Shown piece after piece: positions 7,961 through 18,433 of a DNA stretch of 64,000 bases (position 1 is the first letter of the stretch; each line of letters opens with the position of its first letter). Made by a program: the position numbers and the translations under genes. The notes below the pieces were generated by a model that saw nothing but the letters and a program-made list of their open reading frames with translations, made no database searches and had not been told where the DNA came from. The DNA is taken from IMG/VR virus record IMGVR_UViG_3300044981_000152, positions 1 through 64,000 of that record. One strand, 5' to 3'. Origin of the DNA: a virus.

Positions 7961-10900
7961 GTGATCAACGACACCATCGTCATCAACGCCGAGGAGGCGA
8001 TCGGCCAGCTCGACGCCTTCGCAGCGGCGGCGGACAAGGCCGAGGCGTCGCTGGCCAAGCTGAACAGCGGCGGGGCGGGCGGGGCCGGGGCGGACAAGCT
8101 CGCGGCGTCCATGGACAAGGCCGCGGCGTCCATGTCCGCGGCTGCCGACCGTATCGAGGCGGCATCGACCCGGGCCGCCGCGTCGATGGGCCGGCTGTCA
8201 ACGTCGGCGCGGGAGGCCACCGGGGGCCTGGACACGATCGCCGGGAGCGCCGACAAGGCTGCGGCAGCCGAGGACAAGGTAGCCGGGTCCGCTGACGCTG
8301 CCGCGGCAGCGCTGGACAAGCAGGCTGTCGCCGGCGAACGGGCCGGGGGATCCAGCGAGGCGGCGGCTGCCGGCGCGACGAAGTTCTGGGACGGGCTGAA
8401 GACCGTCCTGCTCGGCGTCGGCGTGGCCGCAGGTTACGGCATCGATCGCGCCATGAAGTTCCAGAGCCAGATGCTGCTGCTGCACACCCAGGCGGGCGTG
8501 TCGGTGGCCGACACCCAGAAAATGTCCCAGGGCGTGCTGCTGATCAGCACCCAGACCGGGCAGTCCCTGACCGACGTCGCCGCGTCGGCGTACCACGTCG
8601 CATCGAACATGGAATCGGTCGGCGGCACCGTCCCGCAGATGCTCAACGCGGTGAAGATCGCCGCCCAGGGCGCGGCGGTCGGGCACTCCAACCTCGTGGA
8701 CACCACCAACGCGCTGACCAGCGTCATCGCCTCCGGTATTCCCGGCGCGAAGAACTACCAGCAGGCGATGGGCGCCATCAACGCCACCGTCGGCGCCGGC
8801 GACATGACGATGCAGGACCTGTCCGAGGCAATGTCCACCGGCGTGGTCCCCGTCGTCAAGGGCTACGGGCTGACGCTGAAGGACACCGGGGCGGCGCTGG
8901 CCACCTACGGCGACCTGAACATCCGCGGGGCAAAGGCCGGCACCGAGCTGCGGATGGCGGTGCAGGCCCTGGCGGTCCCCGCAGCGACGGGGAAGGCGGA
9001 GCTCGCGTCGCTCGGGCTGACGACGAAATCCCTGTCGAACGACATGGAGTCCGGCGGGCTGCTGAAGGCCCTGGACGACCTGAGCGCCCGGTTCAAGGCG
9101 AACGGGATCGACGCTCACAACATGGGCGGCGTCATCACCGACATCTTCGGCAAGAAGGCCGGGGCGGGCTTGTCCCTGCTGATGGAGAACCTGGACCGGT
9201 TCCAGTCCAAGTACCCGGCGCTGACGAAGGGCGCGAACGACTTCAATGCCGCGTGGGCCGCGACCCAGGCGACCCCGGCGCAGAAGTGGAAGGAACTGAC
9301 CGCCGGGCTGCAGGCCGGCGCGGTCGGGTTCGGGACGGCGCTGCTGCCCGCGTTCTCTACGGCAGTCGGGTGGGCTGACAAGCTGCTGGCCGATATCAAC
9401 GGGTCCAAGTCCGGGGCCAGGGACATGGCCCTGGCGTTCGGCGGCCTCGCTGCCCTGTTCACCGCGAAGAAGCTGACCTCCGGGATCGAGAGCGCGTTCA
9501 CGACCGGCGAGAAGGTTCTGGCCGGGGCCGGGAAGCTCCTCGGCATCGACAAGCTGGCGAACCTCGGGTCGGGCGGCGCGGCGGCCGGGATGCAGCGGGC
9601 CGGGGACACCATGGCCGGGGCGGCCGGGGCCATGCAGCGGGCCGCGGACACCATGGCGGGGGCGGCTGCGGGGAACAAGGAAGGCTCAGCGGCCGGGGGT
9701 CTCGGCGCGCTCGCCGGGGCCAAGGGCGCTGGTGCCGCCGCGGCGGAGGGAGAGGCGGCCCTCGGCGGTCTCGGCGCGGCGGGCATGGCCAGGGTGATCG
9801 GCGGCACCGCCATCTTCGGCACCCTGCGCGCCGGGCTGGCCCTGGCGATCGAGGACGCCATCGCCCGCGCCATCACGTCGGTGATGCCGAAGCCCACGAC
9901 GGCGCAGCAGAAGGCGATCAGCGCCGCGCCGTCCGGCGTGGAGTCCGTCCTGAACACGGTCCTGGGCAAGTCCGGCGCGGGCAACCTCCAGGCCGGGATC
10001 ATGGACTACCAGCACTTCATGCGGTCCCAGGCCGCTGACATCGGCAACTACATCAAGACCGGCGCCGAGTCCGACTTCCATGCCGCCGCGAGCTTCTTCG
10101 GGTTCGGCGGCGGGTCGCGGCCCCAGCCCGCCGCCCCGCCTGCCGCGCCGACCGCCGGCCTGGCCATGCTCGGCGCCGGCGGGCACCCCGGGACGGCGCT
10201 GAAGATCACCGCCGACACGACCGGGCTGGACGCGGCTAAGGCGAAGGTCGCGCAGCTTGAGGACCTGATGCGGTCCGGCGCCGGCGCGAAACTGAAGCTT
10301 CCCCCGCCGGACTTGTCGGCGCTGGACTCGGCGAAGGGGCAGGCGCAGGCCAGGGCGACGGCGATTGAGCAGGCCGCTGACGCTGCGCTGAAGAAGCCGG
10401 TCAAGCCCGCGCCCCCGGACCTGTCGCCGTACGCGGCGGCGGCCGGGCCTGCCCGTGCTGACGGCAACGCGATCAGCGAGGGCCTGGCGCAGGGCATCCT
10501 GTCCGGTGAGGGTGCGGCCATCGCGGCGGCCAAGCAAGTAAGTGCCGCGGTCACCGCGGCCATGGCCACCACCCTGCAGACCCGCTCCCCGTCCAAGGTC
10601 ACGCAGCAGATCGGCGCGAACACCGTCGAGGGCCTGATCACCGGGCTGGAGGGCGGCCAGCCGGCGCTGACCGCCGCCGCGACGGCGCTGGGGAAGATCA
10701 CCGCCAAGGCCGCCGACGTGACCGCCATCGACTCGGCGATCTCCAAGGGCATCGGCTACGCGGGCAAGGACTCGGCGCTGGTGGCGTTCCTCAAGGCTGA
10801 CGAGGCCAAGCTCACCGGCCTGGCCGCGCAGCGGACGAAGCTCGAGACCGAGATCACCGACTCCCAGCAGATCGCCCAGTCGGCCATCTCGGGCATGTCG

Positions 10901-11677
10901 ATCACGGGCGCGGGCTCGTACACCCCCGCGTCAGCGGCCGGGCCGCAGTCGGCGCAGGGGGCTATCGCCGGCATGCAGCAGATGGCAGCCGACCAGAAGG
11001 CGTTCGCCCAGCAGCTCGCCCTCGCGGGGAAGGAAGGGCTGAACGCCCAGTCGCTGTCCCAGATCGCCCAGTCCGGCGCGCCGGCCGGCCTTCCGCTCCT
11101 GCAGGGCCTGACCGGGCCCGGTGGAGGCAAGGCCGCCATCGCCCAGATCAACCAGCTGGAAGCCTCCATCGTGGCCAGCTCCTCGAAGATCGGCGATGTC
11201 GGCGGCCCGGCGATGTACGCCGCGGGGCAGCAGGTCGCCAGCGGGCTCGCTGCCGGGCTCAAGGCGTCACTGTCCGGGGTCGACAACGCCATGAAGTCGA
11301 TGGCCCAGCAGATCGTCGCCGTCATCAAGAAGGATCTCAAGATCGCGTCGCCGTCCGGGGTGATGGCCGAGCTCGGCTTCGAGATCCCGGCCGGGGTCGC
11401 CAGGGGCATCGACGGCGCCTCGGCCATGGCCGAGGCGGCGATGACGCGGATGGGCGGCCGGCTGGCCGGCGGGTTCTCCCGCCCGCCCGGCGGCGGCTAC
11501 GGCGGCGGGGGAGCGGGCGGCGGCGGCACCGTGACCGTCACCAACATCTTCCACGTGACCGTCCAGGGCTCGGTCATGACCGAGCATGACCTGGCCGCGC
11601 ACCTGCAAGACGTCCAGCAGGCCCACGCGAACAACAACTGGCAAGGGGGCTGGCAGGCCCCCGGCCGGGCCGCGTAA
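7961..11677 (+). CDS. Tape measure protein
   Basis: 1238 aa, Ala/Gly-rich helical, with a PhageMin_Tail-like core (G..AGTELR) and two SPS(K/G)V motifs. Confidence 0.95.
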   Translation: MINDTIVINAEEAIGQLDAFAAAADKAEASLAKLNSGGAGGAGADKLAASMDKAAASMSAAADRIEAASTRAAASMGRLSTSAREATGGLDTIAGSADKAAAAEDKVAGSADAAAAALDKQAVAGERAGGSSEAAAAGATKFWDGLKTVLLGVGVAAGYGIDRAMKFQSQMLLLHTQAGVSVADTQKMSQGVLLISTQTGQSLTDVAASAYHVASNMESVGGTVPQMLNAVKIAAQGAAVGHSNLVDTTNALTSVIASGIPGAKNYQQAMGAINATVGAGDMTMQDLSEAMSTGVVPVVKGYGLTLKDTGAALATYGDLNIRGAKAGTELRMAVQALAVPAATGKAELASLGLTTKSLSNDMESGGLLKALDDLSARFKANGIDAHNMGGVITDIFGKKAGAGLSLLMENLDRFQSKYPALTKGANDFNAAWAATQATPAQKWKELTAGLQAGAVGFGTALLPAFSTAVGWADKLLADINGSKSGARDMALAFGGLAALFTAKKLTSGIESAFTTGEKVLAGAGKLLGIDKLANLGSGGAAAGMQRAGDTMAGAAGAMQRAADTMAGAAAGNKEGSAAGGLGALAGAKGAGAAAAEGEAALGGLGAAGMARVIGGTAIFGTLRAGLALAIEDAIARAITSVMPKPTTAQQKAISAAPSGVESVLNTVLGKSGAGNLQAGIMDYQHFMRSQAADIGNYIKTGAESDFHAAASFFGFGGGSRPQPAAPPAAPTAGLAMLGAGGHPGTALKITADTTGLDAAKAKVAQLEDLMRSGAGAKLKLPPPDLSALDSAKGQAQARATAIEQAADAALKKPVKPAPPDLSPYAAAAGPARADGNAISEGLAQGILSGEGAAIAAAKQVSAAVTAAMATTLQTRSPSKVTQQIGANTVEGLITGLEGGQPALTAAATALGKITAKAADVTAIDSAISKGIGYAGKDSALVAFLKADEAKLTGLAAQRTKLETEITDSQQIAQSAISGMSITGAGSYTPASAAGPQSAQGAIAGMQQMAADQKAFAQQLALAGKEGLNAQSLSQIAQSGAPAGLPLLQGLTGPGGGKAAIAQINQLEASIVASSSKIGDVGGPAMYAAGQQVASGLAAGLKASLSGVDNAMKSMAQQIVAVIKKDLKIASPSGVMAELGFEIPAGVARGIDGASAMAEAAMTRMGGRLAGGFSRPPGGGYGGGGAGGGGTVTVTNIFHVTVQGSVMTEHDLAAHLQDVQQAHANNNWQGGWQAPGRAA

Positions 11678-11697
11678 GCCCGCCTCTTTCCAGCCTC

Positions 11698-11723
11698 AGC
11701 CCCGGCCCGCGCGCCGGGGCTTT
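11698..11723 (+). terminator. Putative intrinsic terminator/hairpin after the tape measure gene
   Basis: AGCCCCGGC-CCGCGC-GCCGGGGCT followed by TT. Confidence 0.5.
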
Positions 11724-11750
11724 CCCATGTGACCGCGAAGGAGCGCCAGC

Positions 11751-12242
11751 GTGTCCATTTACCGGGCCTACGAGGTCGACTCGGCCGGCATCTCGATCAG
11801 CGGCACGTCGCTGACCCCGGCGCTGTACATCGCGGCTGCGGCGGCGGCGGACTGCAACGTCGTCAAGCTGAAGGTCGCGGTCGAGGGGGCGTCGTCCCCG
11901 TCGCCGCCGTCCAACGGGTCGGTGCTGTTCACGCTGAACAAGGTCACCGGGGCCGTGGGCGGCGGCGCGACCGTCACCGCCAGCCCGACCGGGCAGAGCA
12001 GCCTCGCTGCGCAGACCACGTTCAAGTCCGGGTCCACGGCGCTGACCGGGCTCACCCAGTCCACCGAGTACTGGGCGACGGTCATCCCGTTCACGACCGG
12101 GGCGCAGTGGTCCGATGACTTCGAGAACACCGGCCTGGAGGTCAACGTCCCCGCGTCGGGCACCTACGCCGTGTACTTCACCGCCGCCGCCGGTGCCGGG
12201 TCCGGGTGCAATGCCCGCGTGATGCTGTGGTTCGCCGAGTAG
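11751..12242 (+). CDS. Small beta-rich virion protein (paralog of 22592-23080)
   Basis: 163 aa, AAGGAG RBS. PFTTGAQWSDDF..GLE matches PQTTGSAWEEF..GYE. Confidence 0.75.
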   Translation: MSIYRAYEVDSAGISISGTSLTPALYIAAAAAADCNVVKLKVAVEGASSPSPPSNGSVLFTLNKVTGAVGGGATVTASPTGQSSLAAQTTFKSGSTALTGLTQSTEYWATVIPFTTGAQWSDDFENTGLEVNVPASGTYAVYFTAAAGAGSGCNARVMLWFAE

Positions 12243-12288
12243 CGCCCTGACCTCTCCGAGAGCCTGCCGGCTGGCATAGGAGGCTGCG

Positions 12289-15200
12289 GTGCCCAGCCCT
12301 GCCCAGTTCTGCAACGGCACCGCCGGCGCGGGAGTCTCCTCGGCGACCGTCTCGGTCACGGCGGCGACCGGCGGCGGGGACGCCCTGGCCGTCATCGTCT
12401 CCATGGGCGGCTCCGGCTCGCCGACGGTCACGTCGGTCACCGACACCAAGTCGAACACCTATACGCTCGTAGCCTCCTACACGACGGCGGCGCCGTTCCT
12501 GTACCTGTACGCGGCGACCGGGGCCACGGCGGCGCTGACCACCTCGGACACGGTGACCGCCCACTTCTCGGGGAGCACCTCGAGCGGCGCGGGGATCATC
12601 GGCGCGGACTGCCCCGGCGTGGCCACGGTCGACGTGAACGCCACGCCGGCGTCGGGCACGTCGACCGCACCGTCGGTCAGCGGCACCCCTGCCGCGTCCG
12701 GCGAGACGGCGATCGCCGCGTTCACGTGGTCCAACCCCGGCGGCTCGGGCACCGTCGGCTCGCCGTTCACCCAGCTCGGCCAGAACCACATCACCAGCAA
12801 CATCTACACGACCTGCTCCTACGACACGAGCCCGCCGTCCGGGTCGCCGCTGACCGCGTCGTATGCGATCAGCAGCACGACGTGGCGGGCGATCCTGGTC
12901 ACCTTCAAGCCGTCCGCGCCGCCGTCCCCGTTCACCCCGCCGCCCCGGCCCGCGAAAGGCGCCCAGGCGGCCGTCAGGGGCTCCGGGAAAGGAGCCAGGG
13001 GCGCCCCGCGGGTTTTCGTCCCGGTCACCCCTTCCGTGTTCACCCTGCCGTCCAGGCCGTCCAGGGGCGCCCAGGCCGCGGCCAGGGGCGCCGGGAAGGG
13101 CGCGCAGGGCGCCCCGGCGGTGGCCATCCCGCCGCCCGCGGTCAACCAGTGGGCGGCCACCTTCAGCCAGCCGTCGTCGTTCGGCACCACCCCGCCGGCG
13201 CTCCAGTCGGTGGTCGTGCCGCTGACCCCGGCCTCCTCGGTCGGCGGCGGCACGGGGATCGTCACGCCGGGGAACTGGCTGTTCTGCATCACCGGGTCCA
13301 ACCAGGACACGCCGCTGCCGGCGGTCACCTGGGGCTGCGCGGACGACATCCACTCCTGGTGGCGGCCGCTGGCCCCGTCGGGGGCCGGGGGGAACACCCG
13401 GTGCGGCATCTGGTACACCCCGAACCTGGCCCGGCAGGCGGGCGCCGTGTACGTCGCGCCGTCCGGGGCTGCGTCCTCGTTCTCGGTGCTGGTCGTGGAG
13501 ATCGCCGGGATCGGCCCGTGGGACACCGTGACCGGCTTCTACGGGGCGTTCGCGAACGCGGCCACGGCCCTGAGCCTGAGCCTGCCCGCGCCGGGCCCGG
13601 CGTCGTTCGTCATCGCCGGCGTGTGCGGGGACCTGACGACGGCCGGGCAGTCGTTCGCGCCGGCCGGATGGCACCCGCTGACCGCCGTCACCGCCAGCAA
13701 CGGCACCGACCATTCGTGTGACGCGGTGCTGACCGCCGCCACCCTGGCCTCCACCGCCTCCCCGGTCAGCGTCACCGCGTCGTCGTCGTCGCCCTGCGAC
13801 CTGTCCGGGTTCATCCTGGCCGTCCAGATCGGCGCCGCCTCGCCCATCCCCTCCGTCCCGGGGGTGAGCCCCGGGTGGGCGGGGCGGATGATCCTGGAGT
13901 TCGCGCCCGGCGGCGGGTTCGGCACCCCCCCGGATCAGCTGAACTGGGTCGCCCTGTCGGACTCGGCGGCGGCACCGGGCACGGTGAAACGGTTCTGGGG
14001 ATGGGCGGACAACTCGGGCGTCCCCTACCGGCTGGGGCAGCTCCAGTCCGGCACCGGCAGCGTGCAGCTCGACAACAGCACCGGGCCTTCCGGCGGGGGC
14101 GGGGGCGACCTCACCCCGTCGAACCCCGCGAGCCCCTTCTACCCGGACGTGACGACCGGGACGCCGCTCCGGCTCCGCGCCGCGCTGGGCACCCTGAGGG
14201 ACGGCACCGTCGTCAACCGGTGGTACGTCATCCAGCGCAACGCCCTGGACTGGACGGAGAAGCGCACCGGCACGCTGCGGAACTGGGTCGAGGCCGGCCT
14301 GACCGACATCTGGTCGGCGGTCGCCGCGTCGTGCCCGTCCCCCTACCGGGGAGAAATCGGGCAGGAAGCCTCGCTGTACGCGTGGTGGCCGATGGACGAC
14401 CAGCCGCAGGCCGGCGGCGTCCAGCCTACGTCCCTGGTCAACGCGGCGCCGGGAAACACGAACGTCCTGAACATCACCGCCTCGCCGGGCGGGGTCACGG
14501 GCGGCCACCAGTACACCACGGCGGGGGTCGACGCGACCTCCGACGCCGACCCCGCCCCCCCGTCGGTCGCCGTCTACACGTGCGGGGCGCTGCAAGGCTG
14601 GATGTACGGCGACCCGCCGTCGTCCCCGCAGTCCTCGGCGGCCGGGAACCCGGTCACCGCCAGCCCCGGCTCGGCGGCATGGCAGCAGGCCGGGATGCTC
14701 GGGAGCACCGGCGCCAACGGCTGGTTCCTCGCCGTCAATGACCCGGCCTTCCCGCCGCTGTCGTCCGGGGTCACGGTGAAGGGCTGGTTCAACGCCGCGT
14801 TCTTCGGCACCGCGACCGCGAGCACCGCCGCAGACCTGTCCGGCGACAACCTGGCCGGGCAGCCCTACGCGCCCATCACCCTGTGCACCCTGTCCACCTC
14901 CGCCGCCCCCGTCGCGGTGCTGCAGCTGGACCGGGCGACCGGGCACCTGAACCTCATCACCTACAACGGCGCCACGGGCACCAGCAGCAGCGTCTACGCC
15001 GGGTCGGACCTGCGGTCGCAGTCCTGGCACTGCGTCGACATCCAGCTCACCACGACCACGTGGGCGGTCCTGGTAGACGGCGACCTCCTCGCCTCGGCGT
15101 CCGGCACCGCCACCGGGATGAGCAACTTCACGTGGCTGACGCTGAACGGCGACTACGGCACGAACGGCGGCGCGTCCCCCTCGTCCATCCAGCACGGCGG

Positions 15201-16617
15201 CAACGTCGCCTACTCCCACTGGGCCGTGTTCGGCGCGTACCTGCCCGCGTGGCGGCTGACCGCCCACTACTGCGCGGCCATCACCGGGTTCGGGCTGCTC
15301 CCCGCCCCCCAGTCGCTGGCCCTGTCCACGGTCACCTCCACCGACACGGGCGGCACCGCGACCTCCTACACCCCCGACGGCACCCTGTTCGACGGCTCCT
15401 ACGGCATCAGCGGGAACGTCTTCACGTTCACCGCCAAGACGGTGGCGGTGGCGGGCACGGCCACGTCCGGGCCGTCCGCCGAGGCGGCCACGGCGGGCAT
15501 CATCGACCCCTCCAGCGGCGACGGCTGCGCCGTCTGGGCATCCTGGTCCGCCCTGGCCCCCAAAGTGCAGGTCTACACCGCCGCCGCCGCGAACGCCGAG
15601 ACCCTGGCCTCGGCCGCGGCCGGGTCCGGGGACTCGTTCTCCTCCGGATACGGGTCCGGGGCGTCCGGCCACGGGGTCTGCCACGTCTCCGGCGGCACCG
15701 GGGCCGCGCCCCCGTCCGGGCCGTCCCAGCTCGGCGACATCGTGGCGCAGCGGATCGAGCGGATCCTGGGCTACGGCGGGGTCACCTACCCCGGCCGGGC
15801 GATCGACGAGACCCTGGCCACCCTCCCGGTCCAGGCCGCCCTCGACGTGGGCGGGCAGCAGGCCGGCGCGAACATCCAGAACCAGGTCTACAGCGACAAC
15901 GGGCTGCTGAACGTCGACAACTGCGGGGTGCTGTGCTACCGGGCCCGGCCCCGCCTGGCCTCGGACACGGTGATCTGGAACCTGTCCTCCGCCGGCCCCG
16001 CCTACGGGCTGCCGTTCGCCCCGGACCAGGCGTTCGGCAACGACCCGCAGCGGGTGTGGAACACCATCCAGGTCGCCCCGTACTCCCCGGACGGCGCCAC
16101 CCCGCCGCTGATCACCCCGTCATCGGCATCCGCGGTGGCCGTCTCGCAGCAGCAGTACGGCAACCGGCCGCTGCCCTGGTCGGTGTCCTACCTGCAGTCC
16201 GCCGCGGCGATCCAGGCGCAGGTGAACTGGCTGATCGCCCAGTTCGGCAGCCTGAGACGGCGCGTGACCTCCCTCAAGGCCGACGCCGCGTCCCACCCGG
16301 CGGCGTGGCTGTTCGTGCTCGGCGCCAACCCCGGCGACCTGGCGCAGGTGACCGACCAGCCGATGCAGGGCGGCCCCCTGTCCGTGGGCACCTACCGGAT
16401 CAGCTCGATCAGCAGGCGGATCACGTTCGGCGCGAACAAGACCAGCCCCGAGGCCAGCCTCACCATCGTCGCTGACCCCGAGCCTGCCTGGTACTGGACG
16501 AACCCGCCCGCAGGCGGCGGTGGCGGTGGCGGGGGCGGGCCCGGCTCCCCGGTCACTGACGAGGCCGCCGCCGCCATCACCGACGAGGCGGGCAGCACCA
16601 TCCTGAGCGAGGGCTGA
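12289..16617 (+). CDS. Large fused tail-tip/hub protein with LamG-like insertion
   Basis: 1442 aa. Tail-hub-like QLDN..DLTPSNPASPFYP motif, LamG-like YAWWPMDD and WHCVDI, and a C-terminal TDE..ITDE.G motif. Confidence 0.8.
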   Translation: MPSPAQFCNGTAGAGVSSATVSVTAATGGGDALAVIVSMGGSGSPTVTSVTDTKSNTYTLVASYTTAAPFLYLYAATGATAALTTSDTVTAHFSGSTSSGAGIIGADCPGVATVDVNATPASGTSTAPSVSGTPAASGETAIAAFTWSNPGGSGTVGSPFTQLGQNHITSNIYTTCSYDTSPPSGSPLTASYAISSTTWRAILVTFKPSAPPSPFTPPPRPAKGAQAAVRGSGKGARGAPRVFVPVTPSVFTLPSRPSRGAQAAARGAGKGAQGAPAVAIPPPAVNQWAATFSQPSSFGTTPPALQSVVVPLTPASSVGGGTGIVTPGNWLFCITGSNQDTPLPAVTWGCADDIHSWWRPLAPSGAGGNTRCGIWYTPNLARQAGAVYVAPSGAASSFSVLVVEIAGIGPWDTVTGFYGAFANAATALSLSLPAPGPASFVIAGVCGDLTTAGQSFAPAGWHPLTAVTASNGTDHSCDAVLTAATLASTASPVSVTASSSSPCDLSGFILAVQIGAASPIPSVPGVSPGWAGRMILEFAPGGGFGTPPDQLNWVALSDSAAAPGTVKRFWGWADNSGVPYRLGQLQSGTGSVQLDNSTGPSGGGGGDLTPSNPASPFYPDVTTGTPLRLRAALGTLRDGTVVNRWYVIQRNALDWTEKRTGTLRNWVEAGLTDIWSAVAASCPSPYRGEIGQEASLYAWWPMDDQPQAGGVQPTSLVNAAPGNTNVLNITASPGGVTGGHQYTTAGVDATSDADPAPPSVAVYTCGALQGWMYGDPPSSPQSSAAGNPVTASPGSAAWQQAGMLGSTGANGWFLAVNDPAFPPLSSGVTVKGWFNAAFFGTATASTAADLSGDNLAGQPYAPITLCTLSTSAAPVAVLQLDRATGHLNLITYNGATGTSSSVYAGSDLRSQSWHCVDIQLTTTTWAVLVDGDLLASASGTATGMSNFTWLTLNGDYGTNGGASPSSIQHGGNVAYSHWAVFGAYLPAWRLTAHYCAAITGFGLLPAPQSLALSTVTSTDTGGTATSYTPDGTLFDGSYGISGNVFTFTAKTVAVAGTATSGPSAEAATAGIIDPSSGDGCAVWASWSALAPKVQVYTAAAANAETLASAAAGSGDSFSSGYGSGASGHGVCHVSGGTGAAPPSGPSQLGDIVAQRIERILGYGGVTYPGRAIDETLATLPVQAALDVGGQQAGANIQNQVYSDNGLLNVDNCGVLCYRARPRLASDTVIWNLSSAGPAYGLPFAPDQAFGNDPQRVWNTIQVAPYSPDGATPPLITPSSASAVAVSQQQYGNRPLPWSVSYLQSAAAIQAQVNWLIAQFGSLRRRVTSLKADAASHPAAWLFVLGANPGDLAQVTDQPMQGGPLSVGTYRISSISRRITFGANKTSPEASLTIVADPEPAWYWTNPPAGGGGGGGGGPGSPVTDEAAAAITDEAGSTILSEG

Positions 16618-17852
16618 TGTCCAAGATCACGGCGTACTCGGCGATCGCCAGCGTCAAGACCGACGACCTGCTCCTGGTCGTGGACGTGCACGACACGAGC
16701 ATGGCGTCCACGGGCACCGACAAGAACATCCAGCTCGGGCAGCTTCCCGCTGTCACCGCGTTCAACGCGAAGTCCTACGGCGCGGCCGGCAACGGCGTCA
16801 CCGACGACACCACGGCGCTGACGAACTGGATCAACGACGTCAACGCCACGACGGCCGGGGCGTTCGCCTACCTGCCCGCGGGCCGGTACATGGTCTCCAG
16901 CGCCCTGCCCGCCGTTACCGCGAAGGGGGTCACGTTCCTCGGCGCGGGCTGGTGCTACACCAGCTCGGAGACGCAGGGGTCGATGATCAGCGCGACCTCG
17001 TCGTTCAGCACCAGCGGGACCGTGTTCACGGTGAGCGGCGACGGCTGCCAGATCCAGGGCATCACCCTGGACGGCGGCGCCCGGGCCGCGAACTGCATCA
17101 CGATCCAGGGCGGCAACTGCCGGTTCTTCAGCGCCGGGGCCCGCGCCCCGGGCAACGGCGGCACCTGCGTCAACATCGCCACCGGGGGCAACTCGGCGTG
17201 GGTGTCGATGTGCCACATCAACGGGGTCACCAACACCGGCAACGGCATCACCGGGATCATGGTCAACGACACCGACCTGATCGTCATCGGCGCCAAGGTG
17301 GACAACACCAACACGGCGTGCGTGCAGATCCTGACCCCCGCCGGCGGCGCGATGATCGTCGACTCCCACCTGACCGCCGGGTCCGGCGGCGGCAACGACA
17401 TCTGGATCAACGGCTCGCCGAACAACGTCGTCATCGCCAACAACCGGTTCGACAACTGCCTCGCCTCCCCGGTGCAGATCTCGCCGGGGTCGTCCACCCC
17501 GGCGAATATCCAGATCACCGCCAACCAGTTCCAGTCCAAGACGATGACCGCCAACACCTTCGCCCTGATCGCCGTCGACACGACCACTCACAGCGTGAAC
17601 GGGCTGCACATCGTCGGGAACGCCGGCTACGGCGGGAGCGGGAACCTGGCCCAGAACGGGCTGGCCGCGCAGACCGTGGCCGGGGCGGCGTCCTCGAGCC
17701 CTACGAAGATCGCCTCGGCCGGGAGCCTGTTTAACTCCAACAACTTCTGGGTCAACTCGACGATGTACGCGGCGTCCAGCAGCCCGACCGTCGGCAGGGG
17801 GAACATCATCACCAATGACGGGGCGACGTACTCGGCTGTGACCGACATCTGA
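16617..17852 (+). CDS. Tailspike-like beta-helix protein (pectate-lyase-3-like), possible depolymerase
   Basis: FNAKSYGAAGNGVTDDTTAL...YLPAGRY motif followed by Asn-ladder repeats (IANNRF, ITANQF, IVGN). Confidence 0.85.
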   Translation: MSKITAYSAIASVKTDDLLLVVDVHDTSMASTGTDKNIQLGQLPAVTAFNAKSYGAAGNGVTDDTTALTNWINDVNATTAGAFAYLPAGRYMVSSALPAVTAKGVTFLGAGWCYTSSETQGSMISATSSFSTSGTVFTVSGDGCQIQGITLDGGARAANCITIQGGNCRFFSAGARAPGNGGTCVNIATGGNSAWVSMCHINGVTNTGNGITGIMVNDTDLIVIGAKVDNTNTACVQILTPAGGAMIVDSHLTAGSGGGNDIWINGSPNNVVIANNRFDNCLASPVQISPGSSTPANIQITANQFQSKTMTANTFALIAVDTTTHSVNGLHIVGNAGYGGSGNLAQNGLAAQTVAGAASSSPTKIASAGSLFNSNNFWVNSTMYAASSSPTVGRGNIITNDGATYSAVTDI

Positions 17853-17898
17853 CCGCCCTGGCCGTAAACGGAGGCGCCGAACCGGGACGGGGGACCGA

Positions 17899-18210
17899 GT
17901 GCCGGACTCCGCGTTGCTGTCCATACTTTCGAGCGCGGGCGTAGCCGGGGTCTTCTGCGTGCTGTTCATCATCGGCATGCTGCCGACCCGCGGCGAAGTA
18001 AGCCGGCTGGAGAAGAACGCCGACGACTGGAAAGCCGCCTTCGAGCGCATGGACGCCGCCCGCGAAACCGAGCGCAAGGCCAACGACGAGCTCCGCGCCG
18101 CCAACATCGTGCAGGCGCAGCGGGCCGACGCGGCGGTGGAGACCGCGAAACTGGCCCGCGAGCTCCTGGAGGACTTCAGGCGGAGGGCCAGCAATGCGCC
18201 TGCTCCCTAA
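17899..18210 (+). CDS. Single-TM coiled-coil protein of the lysis cassette
   Basis: N-terminal hydrophobic helix followed by a charged helical region. Confidence 0.65.
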   Translation: MPDSALLSILSSAGVAGVFCVLFIIGMLPTRGEVSRLEKNADDWKAAFERMDAARETERKANDELRAANIVQAQRADAAVETAKLARELLEDFRRRASNAPAP

Positions 18211-18433
18211 GAAGAAGGTTCACGGCGGCGGGGCCGGGGACGCCATGCGCGCCGCGGCCGAAGCCGGCGTCGAGGCGGGCGAGCGGCTGGCCTCGGCCGG
18301 CGAGGTGCACGCCGCAGCGGCCCGGCAGGCGGCCGGGGAGAAGGGCATCATCGACGACCTGCGGGCCCTGCGGGAACGCAATCACATCGCCGCTCTCATC
18401 GTCGCGTCGCTCCGGGAGGCAGGTGATCACTGA
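18194..18433 (+). CDS. Small hypothetical protein of the lysis cassette
   Basis: GGAGG RBS. Overlaps both neighbours. Confidence 0.65.
   Translation: MRLLPKKKVHGGGAGDAMRAAAEAGVEAGERLASAGEVHAAAARQAAGEKGIIDDLRALRERNHIAALIVASLREAGDH

Noticed and set aside
12178-18194. Very long alternative-frame ORFs (12178-15684, 14883-16475, 16392-18194; likewise 24174-26123, 40374-42155, 61771-63723)
   Set aside because: Arg/Gly/Pro-rich shadow frames expected in high-GC3 DNA, overlapping well-supported genes.
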